Source: a virus (Duplodnaviria; Caudoviricetes). Taken from it: a stretch of 64,000 nucleotides of DNA. The DNA lies in IMG/VR virus record IMGVR_UViG_3300011444_000011, positions 30,424 to 94,423 of that record; one strand, 5' to 3'. Positions within the stretch are counted from its first letter, which is position 1, and every line of letters starts with the position of its first letter. This document shows, in pieces, positions 55,463 through 64,000 of the stretch. The notes under the pieces were generated by a model, which saw nothing but the letters and a program-made list of their open reading frames with translations, was not told the DNA's origin and searched no databases. A program made the translations under genes and the position numbers.

Positions 55463-56842
55463 ATGGCTCTAAGAGTAACGCAGCAGAGTGTTGATGTTCT
55501 TAGCGAAGCCACAGGCGGTAAGATTTGCGTTACCCAGTTCTACATCGAAGTGCTGGGTGCGGCTGCCACGGCTGTCTCTGCTTCAAACACTCTCGCTCTT
55601 ACTGATACTGCAACTCCGGCCACGGACCATCCGCGGTCATTGACTGACACGTTGACACTGACTGACACACTGACAAATGCGGATGACTTGTCCGCATCGA
55701 ACGGTCTATTGTTCCTAGACAGTGTGTCAGTTCTAGTCGATCATGTTCGAGCGGTTTCTGATGCGCTCGGCATTTCCGACTCGGTTGCCAAGTTCAATGT
55801 CCATACGTTGTCGGTCAGTCAGTCGTTAGGAATCACCGATGTTGCTGTGGAAGCCGATGTCCACACTTTCAGTTTGTCTCATGTATTGGGCCTGATTGAT
55901 ACTGCAATCGGTGATGACGGTTTGTCGCCTTCAATCAATGATGCGCTTGACTTTGCCCAGAGTTTGACTTGCAATATCAAATCGTTGGATATTCTCGACA
56001 CGCTCTCGCTTGTCAGTGCTGCTCCGCAACCGCCTCTGTCTGTCAGTAGCGTACTGGCCTTTACGCATGTTGCTACCTCGGGAACGAAAACTGAATCGGT
56101 CAGTAGCGTACTGGCCTTTAGCGATCAAGCGGTTGACAAGACTCGGCAAATCGTTGCTCATACGTTAGCATTCAGTCAGCAGGTCGTTCACAACGTCCAT
56201 CAATTGAGCGTTGCCAATGCCGTCCTCTTTCAGCAGACTGCCGCCACGGTAAAGAGCACGAACGTCGCCAGCTTCATGAGTTTGACCGATCAGGTCAAGC
56301 GGGCGCTTACGCTGCCGAGAACCGTTTCATCGGCTATCGAGTTTGTCCAGTCGGTTGAACTGTTCATCGACCGGAACGGCGTGCTGTGTAACTACTCACC
56401 ATTCATCGGCACAGGCCCGCATACGTTTACGGCTACGCCGCCTACTATCACGCCCAGCACACTAACTCTGTTCTGGCCGATCGTCACACCAACACTGACG
56501 GTTGTTCTCCGCAACCCTGACTTCGGCAACAAGATTTCGTTCAACGCGAATCGAATCAACCGAAAGAGCCGTGGCGGAACTAAGCAGATTTTCAGAAAGG
56601 CCACTTGGCCTAAGTTCCGCACGTTGAACATGGACGTTTCCATGCTTGACCAGGACCAAATCGACGACTTCATAACCTTCCTGAACACGACCATCGGGTT
56701 GCAGGTCGGCTTGAAAGACCAAGACGGGTTCATGTGGAAGGGAGTTGTCATGACTCCTGAAACGCCAATCACTCAAATTGGTGGGACTGTTTCATGCCCC
56801 AATTATGCTACGTCATTCCAGTTTGAAGGGGAATTGATATGA
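55463..56842 (+). CDS. tail protein with repetitive S/T/V-rich shaft and distal-tail-like C domain
   Basis: repeats like SVS..L.(L/F)(T/S)D; C-terminal domain resembles 56839-57225. Confidence 0.65.
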   Translation: MALRVTQQSVDVLSEATGGKICVTQFYIEVLGAAATAVSASNTLALTDTATPATDHPRSLTDTLTLTDTLTNADDLSASNGLLFLDSVSVLVDHVRAVSDALGISDSVAKFNVHTLSVSQSLGITDVAVEADVHTFSLSHVLGLIDTAIGDDGLSPSINDALDFAQSLTCNIKSLDILDTLSLVSAAPQPPLSVSSVLAFTHVATSGTKTESVSSVLAFSDQAVDKTRQIVAHTLAFSQQVVHNVHQLSVANAVLFQQTAATVKSTNVASFMSLTDQVKRALTLPRTVSSAIEFVQSVELFIDRNGVLCNYSPFIGTGPHTFTATPPTITPSTLTLFWPIVTPTLTVVLRNPDFGNKISFNANRINRKSRGGTKQIFRKATWPKFRTLNMDVSMLDQDQIDDFITFLNTTIGLQVGLKDQDGFMWKGVVMTPETPITQIGGTVSCPNYATSFQFEGELI

Positions 56843-57225
56843 GTATCAAATTGGAAGCACCGTGGCCGTCGCCATCAGTTGTTACGATTCTGCCTAATCC
56901 GCAATTCTCTGACGTGCAAGATACTGACCAAACAGTAAGCCGCCAGCGTTCGATGAACAACAAGGTGTACACCTACGCGAAAGTTGGCGGCACGTCTAAG
57001 TTGACGTACACGTTCACACTCACACGGATGAAAAGCCTTGAGCTTCAAGCATTCGTTGAGACTATGATTGACCAGCAAGTCAGGCTAACCAATCATAAGA
57101 ACGAAATCTGGTTAGTGTTCATTGATAACAACCCATTTGAAATCAGTCAGGCTCGCAGGGCCGCTGGCCCATCCGGCCGCGAGTTTGACAGCGTTAGCAT
57201 TAGCTTCGAGGGAGTAAAGCCATGA
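56839..57225 (+). CDS. distal-tail-like protein
   Basis: LPNPQFSD..RQRSMNN..LTYTF..FEG; position before tail tip. Confidence 0.55.
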   Translation: MSIKLEAPWPSPSVVTILPNPQFSDVQDTDQTVSRQRSMNNKVYTYAKVGGTSKLTYTFTLTRMKSLELQAFVETMIDQQVRLTNHKNEIWLVFIDNNPFEISQARRAAGPSGREFDSVSISFEGVKP

Positions 57226-60200
57226 GAACCCTATCGTCCAATGCACTGACCCAGATCAACACGGCTATGGGCACGAAGCCCATGATCTTGTTGGAAATCG
57301 GATGGGTCGATTTGACACCAGTATCAAAATACGCCGACAAGACTGTCGGAGCGTATCTTGGGAAAATCCTGTCCATCGGCACGATCGACGAAATCATCAA
57401 GATCGCTGGCGGCTCGAACTCTGGACAGGTCAGTGTCACGTTGGACGACATTGACGGCACGTTGAAGGATATCATCGACAACCATGATATCCACAAGCGG
57501 CCCGTCTGGATTTACCAATACTTCGAAGGCATGAGCACGAACGATAAGTTTCTGCTCATGAGGGGTGAAATCAGCAGCCCAATCACCTGGGATGAAGGTG
57601 CCCGCTCGCTTGCATTCGACGTGCTCACGAAGATCGAATCCACCGAGATCGGTTTCAGCATTGAAGAAGGCCAATTCCCACTCTTGCCAATCGACTTGGT
57701 TGGCAAGGCGTGGCCGTTGGCGTTTGGGTCGGTAGTCAATGTTCCGGCTCTGAAGATCACCAGCCCGCGTGAAGGAATCCTGGCCGACGGCTTCGGCATC
57801 CACGACTACACTCTCCGTCGCCGCATTCAGCTTGCGAACAACATCTGTTGCCCGGCTAATTCGATCATCGGTTATGACACCAATTTCGGACTACAACCGG
57901 GCAAGGCTACTGCCAACACGAACCCTAACACCGGGTTGCCGTCTAATCAGGCGAGTGGTTTCAGCACTACACCGAACTTCATCACGACACCTGATCCTGG
58001 CTTCAGTTACGCAAATCCGTTCGGATATCAAATCATCGACGGCACCGGCCAGATTGGCGGCGGTGGTGGAGTTGTCAACGGAACTAGCGCTGGAACCGGG
58101 ACCGGCGTGTCATCGGTTCCGGTCTATGGTCCCGATCCTGCCTGCATCAAGAACCGTTGCGAAACGATTGAGCAGTTGAATTATGAATTGACGCAACAGC
58201 AGAAATTCGAGTTCACTTCGTTTCGTGTTTTCAACGGCCAACAGTTCGAGCAGGGTAAGCGGATCACCTTGTCTATCGGAGGCGCTTACGTTGTCGGGTC
58301 ATTCTCCGGCGACGTGTTCACCGTTCAGCAATACATCCACAAAGATGCTGTTGACAAAGACTTGGCGAAAGGCAACAACTACACTGACCGGCCGACGCAA
58401 GCCGAAATTGATTTTATACTCAATCAGGTGCCGGGTCGTACCCAAATCTTGACGAGCTTCGGTAGCGAAAATCCGGCTGATGCCGTCGCCGCCTACCATG
58501 CCTCGCAAGATGCTGGCCCGGCATCCATTTTGAGTAGCTGCACGACTCCGGCTGGAACCTTCGTCAGCCTGACTGACTGCGAATCTCAAAGTCTGGATTC
58601 TTTGAATCTGTATCCATCCGCGAGCTTCCAGTGGGTCAACGCTGGTTCGAAGGTGACATACGCATACGATGAAGAAGTCGTATACATCGCCAACATTCTA
58701 CCCTCGACTGTCCGTTGCGTGACGGCCTATCGAACCCTGGATGACGGTCGCCGCGTCTTATTGGTCGTGCCACCGGATTATTATACGGTTCGCACTACCG
58801 ACTACACGGCGTATCACGTCGTCGAGATCGTGATGAATCGTGCCTTGAGTCTTCAAGCGACTGGCTGGGAAGACCAAATCTATGTGACCCTTGATTCGTC
58901 TGTCGGCCCGAACACCGTTGATATCATTCAATGGTTGATTCAGACCTACACGACTTTTGATATTGATAGCACTTCGTTCGCTGCGGTTCGGGCGAAAGTT
59001 GACAATTACCCGTCACACTTTGCGTTGCTTGATCGCAAGAACATCATGGCGGCGCTTGATGAAATCTCAATGCAGGCTCGCTGTGCGATGTTCCTGCGAG
59101 ATAACAAGTTCTACATCAAGTATCTGTCCGCATCGCCGACAACGGTTGACACGATCACCGAAGATCACATCAACCAGAACTCGCTACGGATAACCAACAG
59201 CACGACCGAAGAGTTGGTCACGAAGATGGTGGTGACGTGGAACGACGATCTGGCAATTTCGCCGAAGACGTTGATCGTCCGAAACAACATCAACAAGTAT
59301 GGAACGATCGAACAGACGTTCGACTTCTACATCTACAATATGTACTCGCTCGTTGAGAAGAGCGCTTTGTTCTGGTTGATACGAAAATCAAATACGTGGC
59401 GTCGAATGTCGTTCAAGACTCCGCTGGTCAAACTGGCGCTTGAGTCTTATGACGACGTGTTGTTCACTGTTCCCGATTTGTCAAGCTCCAACTTCAAGGG
59501 GCAAGTCGAAGGGGCGGTCTTCAATGCTGACGATAACTCGATTAGCTTTGATGTCTGGACTCCGATTCTGGCTGGCACACGGGTTGAATACCCGTGGGCT
59601 TATCCGGGAACGGTAAATGCCAGCCAACTTTGGCCACCTGATATTGTTGCTCAAGGGCCGGGCTTCAGCGTAGTCGCTCCAGTCGGCCATCCGTTGAGCA
59701 GCACGACGTTTCCGAATAATGTGCCCGATGACGCCACGGCTCCGAACTTTCAAGTGACGAACTGTGGCGGTCCACCGACACCTAATACCAATTTCTGTTG
59801 TTCATCCACGGCAACGGTACAACCGTCGGAGTTCTGTCAAACCCAGCATCCCCGCAGGATTGACGACGCCAACGATGTGAAGCCCTCGCCGCGTACTGAT
59901 ATCAATTGCCCAGGTGCTGTCAACCTGGGCAAAGACCCGGTCTTCGCTCAACTGCCACCGAAGTTTGCAAGGTTGCAGAAGCAAGTCAACCAAAGTCAAT
60001 CGCAAGCCGCAAGCGCTAAGGCAGCCGCCTTGAACGCTGGCGGTGGCGCGGGCGGCGGTGGTGGTCTTGGAAATCAGGATGACAGTCAGCAGAAAAGCCG
60101 AACTGATCCTTTGGACAAAGTGCCCAGGGTGCCGAAAAACAATGCAACAGGCGACGGTAAGGGCGCTGGTGGCCCGACGCCGAAACCAACCTGTACGACA

Positions 60201-60821
60201 CTGATTACGATTTGCTGGTTCCCGATTGTCCACGGACCTGACGGACCCTTCAGCGATATCTGTTTCCCCGGTGGTAACACGCGATGTGAAACACATACGT
60301 TCGGTGGGTGCGTTGGTTCTACCCGACGAGATATCACTTCACCCGAAGCTCTGGCTGCGGCCACCGCTAAGGGTGAAGCTCGTCAAGCTGCATTCGATGC
60401 CTTGAATGCTGCTGCCGCTGCTCCAGGTGATGCTGGTCTTCAAGCTGCCGCTGATGCTGCTGTCGCTGCCTCGACAGAGGCTGACGCCGCATACGATGCT
60501 GCCATCCAGAAGCAGGGTGCTGCCCAAGACATGCTTGACCATCTGCGTTCTATGAGTCCGCTTAGTGGCCCCGGAGCCACGAACTTTGAACTGTGTCCGA
60601 GCAGCGATGAAACTGGTATCTGCTGCAACGGCACCGTGCAAACAACCGAATGCGACCCGACCGGCTGTTCGCCGGGAGCAAGCGACGGTAAGTGGATGAG
60701 CGTCGATAAGACTGGGTCTGACGGGAAACCGGCAGAATTCAGCAGTATCCTGTTCGACGGTCAAGGTGGTGATCGTGGTGCAGATGGCCAGAGTGATTCC
60801 GAAATGGGTTTCAGTATCTAA
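57222..60821 (+). CDS. tail tip/hub (central fiber) protein
   Basis: 1199 aa; VGKAWPLAFGSV motif; Cys-rich and low-complexity C-terminus. Confidence 0.7.
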   Translation: MRTLSSNALTQINTAMGTKPMILLEIGWVDLTPVSKYADKTVGAYLGKILSIGTIDEIIKIAGGSNSGQVSVTLDDIDGTLKDIIDNHDIHKRPVWIYQYFEGMSTNDKFLLMRGEISSPITWDEGARSLAFDVLTKIESTEIGFSIEEGQFPLLPIDLVGKAWPLAFGSVVNVPALKITSPREGILADGFGIHDYTLRRRIQLANNICCPANSIIGYDTNFGLQPGKATANTNPNTGLPSNQASGFSTTPNFITTPDPGFSYANPFGYQIIDGTGQIGGGGGVVNGTSAGTGTGVSSVPVYGPDPACIKNRCETIEQLNYELTQQQKFEFTSFRVFNGQQFEQGKRITLSIGGAYVVGSFSGDVFTVQQYIHKDAVDKDLAKGNNYTDRPTQAEIDFILNQVPGRTQILTSFGSENPADAVAAYHASQDAGPASILSSCTTPAGTFVSLTDCESQSLDSLNLYPSASFQWVNAGSKVTYAYDEEVVYIANILPSTVRCVTAYRTLDDGRRVLLVVPPDYYTVRTTDYTAYHVVEIVMNRALSLQATGWEDQIYVTLDSSVGPNTVDIIQWLIQTYTTFDIDSTSFAAVRAKVDNYPSHFALLDRKNIMAALDEISMQARCAMFLRDNKFYIKYLSASPTTVDTITEDHINQNSLRITNSTTEELVTKMVVTWNDDLAISPKTLIVRNNINKYGTIEQTFDFYIYNMYSLVEKSALFWLIRKSNTWRRMSFKTPLVKLALESYDDVLFTVPDLSSSNFKGQVEGAVFNADDNSISFDVWTPILAGTRVEYPWAYPGTVNASQLWPPDIVAQGPGFSVVAPVGHPLSSTTFPNNVPDDATAPNFQVTNCGGPPTPNTNFCCSSTATVQPSEFCQTQHPRRIDDANDVKPSPRTDINCPGAVNLGKDPVFAQLPPKFARLQKQVNQSQSQAASAKAAALNAGGGAGGGGGLGNQDDSQQKSRTDPLDKVPRVPKNNATGDGKGAGGPTPKPTCTTLITICWFPIVHGPDGPFSDICFPGGNTRCETHTFGGCVGSTRRDITSPEALAAATAKGEARQAAFDALNAAAAAPGDAGLQAAADAAVAASTEADAAYDAAIQKQGAAQDMLDHLRSMSPLSGPGATNFELCPSSDETGICCNGTVQTTECDPTGCSPGASDGKWMSVDKTGSDGKPAEFSSILFDGQGGDRGADGQSDSEMGFSI

Positions 60822-60829
60822 AAGGCATA

Positions 60830-60861
60830 GGCCCGGTTTGATACCAATATCAAACCGGGCC
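60830..60861. terminator. hairpin centred on palindrome
   Basis: GGCCCGGTTTGATA-CCAA-TATCAAACCGGGCC. Confidence 0.6.
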
Positions 60862-60876
60862 GCTTTCGGGGAAATC

Positions 60877-61158
60877 ATGGGACGTTATCCAGTTGTCCAA
60901 GTGGTGTGGCATGATGCTTTCAGCAAGGATGCGTGGAAGTCTGTGGAAGATTTAAGAGCACTAGATGCTGGACACGCTACGATCGACACGGTCGGTTATC
61001 TTATCCGCCGAGACAAGAAGTGCATCATAGTCTCGCATTCTATATCGCGCGAAGATGAAGCACACGAAGACGAGGCGTGCTGTTCAATCTGTATCCCGCT
61101 TGGGATGGTAGTATCAATGAAAGTTCTGGTGAAAGCATGTGCCCGCTCGAAGCATTAA
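60877..61158 (+). CDS. hypothetical protein
   Basis: VVWHDA..W..TVGYLI..IP.GMV pattern common in phages. Confidence 0.65.
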   Translation: MGRYPVVQVVWHDAFSKDAWKSVEDLRALDAGHATIDTVGYLIRRDKKCIIVSHSISREDEAHEDEACCSICIPLGMVVSMKVLVKACARSKH

Positions 61159-61535
61159 GACGTGGAATCGACACGCCAGAAATCCGTGAGGCAGCAGCCC
61201 AGATGCGGAAGAATCAGCAACAGATGTTCGAGATGGCCGAGAAGCATAATAAGAGCTTCGGTCGCGCACGGATGTTGCCTAATGGGTGCGTAGAGTACGC
61301 GAAGAAGGGGCACGAACCGCCGCCCGATCTGGACGGTTATCAACGTGATCCCGGAAATGCGTGGAAGTTCCTGCCGTTGTGGCCTAAGTGCAAGAAGCGT
61401 ATCCAGACGCAGAGCATGAAGCAGTGTGGTGCTCTAGCCATACTGACTGTCTGTGCGAACGGAGACTGCCCGCTCAAGCAACAGCAAGTGACATTCGCCC
61501 AGTGCAGTTCATGTGAGCACAAGGTCGTGGAATAA
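61137..61535 (+). CDS. Cys-rich hypothetical protein
   Basis: C..C..C..CP..CSSC. Confidence 0.6.
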   Translation: MCPLEALRRGIDTPEIREAAAQMRKNQQQMFEMAEKHNKSFGRARMLPNGCVEYAKKGHEPPPDLDGYQRDPGNAWKFLPLWPKCKKRIQTQSMKQCGALAILTVCANGDCPLKQQQVTFAQCSSCEHKVVE

Positions 61536-61539
61536 AACA

Positions 61540-61571
61540 AGCCCGGTTTGATGGCAATATCAAACCGGGCT
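61540..61571. terminator. likely bidirectional terminator between convergent blocks, centred on palindrome variant
   Basis: AGCCCGGTTTGAT/ATCAAACCGGGCT. Confidence 0.65.
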
Positions 61572-61576
61572 CTCGA

Positions 61577-62263
61577 TTAGTATTTGTTAATATCCAGAGG
61601 CTCGATCATTTTGGTCCCTGGCACGAGTGGCGTGTATGCAGTACACATACGTCTGTAGACCTCGGCTGTGGCGATGCAGTCTTGGAGAGCATCGTGAGCT
61701 TTGAGGTTGGTCACACTATATAGGCTGCCAAGATAAGGTAGGCCAACCTTAGGATGTGGAACCCGTTCGATGTGTTGATCCGCCCGATCATTCATATAGA
61801 GGGCACTTGCTTGGGTGTCTCGGTAATGGAAATGGAAGTAGTAATCGAACGATTGCCGACCCATCCATTCGATGATGAAATCGCGATCAAATAACCAGTT
61901 CGACGCCAGCGGCGAAATCTTCTTCTTCTCCGGCAAGCCAAGGCGCTCGAACCACTCGATGAACATATCGACGCCCTTCCAGGGATCGACAGCCCGCAAC
62001 TGGAGTTCGGTCAGGTTAGCCTTGCCGACTCGCAGCGCTTTGTAGTCCACTGTCTCCGGGCGCTTAAGCTTCATATCGAGATAGAAAGGCATCACGCCTT
62101 TCAGCGGTTTGATATTAGAATCAAGTGGCAGTACAGCAATCTGCCAGATGTCGTGAACGAGCGGGTCAACCCCGGTCGTCTCTACGTCAACCGCGCACAG
62201 CAAGTTTCCGTTGAGATGGATCATTGATGAGTGCGGGCTGCGTCCCTGGCCGAATCGGCTCAT
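61577..62263 (-). CDS. DEDDh 3'-5' exonuclease (DnaQ-like)
   Basis: AVDVETTG, N..FD..F, YRDT, AHDALQD. Confidence 0.88.
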   Translation of the reverse strand: MSRFGQGRSPHSSMIHLNGNLLCAVDVETTGVDPLVHDIWQIAVLPLDSNIKPLKGVMPFYLDMKLKRPETVDYKALRVGKANLTELQLRAVDPWKGVDMFIEWFERLGLPEKKKISPLASNWLFDRDFIIEWMGRQSFDYYFHFHYRDTQASALYMNDRADQHIERVPHPKVGLPYLGSLYSVTNLKAHDALQDCIATAEVYRRMCTAYTPLVPGTKMIEPLDINKY

Positions 62264-62820
62264 GTACGCACCTGACCTGACAGCACACGCATCTGACTGT
62301 GCAGGTCAGCGATCGTTCCTTCGTTCTCGATGATCCCGTCCCATCCGTCGTCAGGCACTTCCTGCAACGCATTGTCGGCGATCGTATCGAGCACGACGGC
62401 TCGACTGTTCTTGACCTTGTACACCTTGCCGCCTAGATCACGAATCGCATCAACTTCATTTTGATATCGAACATCAGAAACGATCACAACCTTGACGTTG
62501 GTCTGGCCTCGGAGAGCCGCTTGCACCCAGGTCAATGGGTACACGTCACGGAGTTTGTTTCCGACTTCAACCCAAATCTGAACCGGCGTCTTGTTCAGCG
62601 CAGGCAGAACAATCTGCCGATCGGCCGGACAATTCTCGTAATGGATGGCCCGCTTCAAGCCTGCCCACCCGTAAAGGTCGAAGCAGACTTCTTTGAGTTT
62701 GCTGGCGAAACTGACGTGGACCGTACTGATACCCAACATCCGAAGCTCCGTATTAAGGAACTTAGCACAGGTATCTTTTCCGACGCGACTGCGATGGCCG
62801 AAGCCTACAACTGGTATCAT
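62260..62820 (-). CDS. deoxynucleoside monophosphate kinase
   Basis: GFGHRSRVGKDT P-loop, SFASKLK, VIVSDVRYQNE, IIENEGT. Confidence 0.88.
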   Translation of the reverse strand: MIPVVGFGHRSRVGKDTCAKFLNTELRMLGISTVHVSFASKLKEVCFDLYGWAGLKRAIHYENCPADRQIVLPALNKTPVQIWVEVGNKLRDVYPLTWVQAALRGQTNVKVVIVSDVRYQNEVDAIRDLGGKVYKVKNSRAVVLDTIADNALQEVPDDGWDGIIENEGTIADLHSQMRVLSGQVRT

Positions 62821-64000
62821 GTTTCTTCACCTTCCACGTAAAGTGTTTGGTCCTGTACGACGTATCTCGGGGCGAGCAACTCGTCAGGCGTTGGCGGTGT
62901 ATACGAAATGTTGGCCACGAAAAACTGGCCCGCGAACTTCATCAAGCGTCCGCGAGGGTGCCTGATTGGGAGTTCTTTCCCGAAGCGAATCTTCGACCAA
63001 TAGCTTACGCGGTTCGAGTCAACTTGTTCGATGAACTTGTCGTAGATATCAGTGAACTTGATTGCTTGACCTGGAGCGTAGTGGCAATGTTCGATAATGT
63101 AGCGTTCGAGTTCGGATTGGTTTTGTTCTTGGGCCTGTCGTTTGTCTTCGGTATCAATTACCGGAACGAACAGACGGCCGTTTGATTGTGGTATCTCGTA
63201 CTTCAGAATCATCGCCAGAAAGTCCGGTGCTTCCTTACGCAGTTTCTCTAGCAATTCATCCCGCGGGATGGTCTGCTCATGCAACTGCACATAGCACATT
63301 GTGATTCTGGTATCACCTGGAAAGATCGGGCAGTATTCAAACTCATTGCCCGTCTGAATCCAGTGGGTGCTGTTCGGACTGTTGTAAGGCGTCTTGCCCT
63401 TCCGATGGATGGACAACATCAGCGATGTCACCCAATCCTTTATCCGGTTGTATGCCAACGATTTGTTCGCCCTCAAATCCGTTTCCTCGATGACGCAGAG
63501 GACGGCGTTTTCGAGTTCCGCGTTGAACCCCGCTTGACTGATAAGTGCGGCGTCCGCGCGTGCGTACCCCGTTGTCATCAGCAAACGCAGCGACTCGTGC
63601 AGAATCGACTTTCCGCTGCCCTGCGGCCCATAGAGGAATAAGTAGGGTAACGGCTGAAGCGGGTATTGAATGAGCGAGGCAATCCAGCATCGTAGGTACT
63701 CGCCACCAGTGGTGATGAAATTTTCCTGACACCACTTGTTCATTTTGATTGCAATATCAAGTCCTGATCCGCAGTGGTTCAAGACCTTCATCCAAGTGTC
63801 GTATTTCAGATTGTCAATATCAGACGAGGGGACGTAGGCCAACTGTGCGGCATTTCGATTCCACGTTCGATCGCCCGGATACTCCGGTGCGAACGGCCGG
63901 TTCACGAGTGTCCACTTCTTCATCACGCTTGAGCCGACGACTAGACCTATGTCTTTCGGATCAACACCTTGGGCCGTTAGGACAACCCTGACGTGCTCCA
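62817..64000 (-). CDS. SF3/D5-like primase-helicase, C-terminal part (frame stays open to window edge)
   Basis: YLFLYGPQGSGKS Walker A, CVIEE Walker B, IKDWVT..KGK, DTRI. Confidence 0.85.
   Translation of the reverse strand, partial: EHVRVVLTAQGVDPKDIGLVVGSSVMKKWTLVNRPFAPEYPGDRTWNRNAAQLAYVPSSDIDNLKYDTWMKVLNHCGSGLDIAIKMNKWCQENFITTGGEYLRCWIASLIQYPLQPLPYLFLYGPQGSGKSILHESLRLLMTTGYARADAALISQAGFNAELENAVLCVIEETDLRANKSLAYNRIKDWVTSLMLSIHRKGKTPYNSPNSTHWIQTGNEFEYCPIFPGDTRITMCYVQLHEQTIPRDELLEKLRKEAPDFLAMILKYEIPQSNGRLFVPVIDTEDKRQAQEQNQSELERYIIEHCHYAPGQAIKFTDIYDKFIEQVDSNRVSYWSKIRFGKELPIRHPRGRLMKFAGQFFVANISYTPPTPDELLAPRYVVQDQTLYVEGEET

Larger units (their letters stand above)
262..63760. repeat. genome-wide dispersed palindrome (T)TGATAYYRRTATCA(A)
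   Basis: at least 27 exact core copies counted by eye plus many 1-2 mismatch copies. Confidence 0.95.

Noticed and set aside
262-63760. Identifying the palindrome as an FNR, Fur or canonical parS box
   Set aside because: FNR is TTGAT-N4-ATCAA, whereas the spacing here is N6. Fur is 7-1-7 TGATAAT; only a few 7-1-7 variants occur (e.g. 2703, 17756) and they lack GATAAT. Canonical parS TGTTTCACGTGAAACA does not match. The mostly intragenic distribution also argues against ordinary promoter regulation.
1-64000. Prophage/host junction or firm host assignment
   Set aside because: No integrase, att site or bacterial housekeeping block. Hints of a Planctomycetota host (RimI-like motif, secreted thioredoxin/C39 genes) are too indirect to report as a feature.

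Overview
A 64-kb segment of a large tailed dsDNA phage with siphovirus-like morphogenesis genes, read in the standard genetic code. No integrase, CRISPR array or reverse transcriptase is visible. Layout: (1) 1-22.9 kb is a dense + strand array of short accessory genes (GNAT, Ndk, metallophosphoesterase, SAM methyltransferase, ParB-N, MazG-like, kinase-like, DNA MTase) with two aberrant tRNA-like elements. (2) 22.9-24.2 kb is a repeat-rich non-coding control region. (3) 24.1-30.6 kb is an 'early-like' island of small genes behind repeated sigma70-type promoters, led by a full-length ParB-like protein. (4) 30.9-61.5 kb holds packaging and virion genes: TerS candidate, a thiol-protease/thioredoxin cassette, HNH, GpA-type TerL, portal, scaffold, P22-like coat protein, two paralogous tail tubes, tape measure and tail tip. 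(5) 61.6-64 kb holds convergent - strand replication genes (DEDDh exonuclease, dNMP kinase, partial SF3 primase-helicase). Two main unexplained signals stand out. (a) A palindrome TGATAYYRRTATCA occurs at least 27 times exactly (manual count), plus many near copies, spread through coding and non-coding DNA; it is a candidate parS-like/genome-coating system for the phage ParB. (b) Several accessory proteins consist of an N-terminal tag (twin-arginine-like leader or Zn-finger) fused to short fragments homologous to the phage's own capsid, tail, ParB or ATPase proteins; these are candidate decoys. All assignments are by eye from motifs; no database searches were run.
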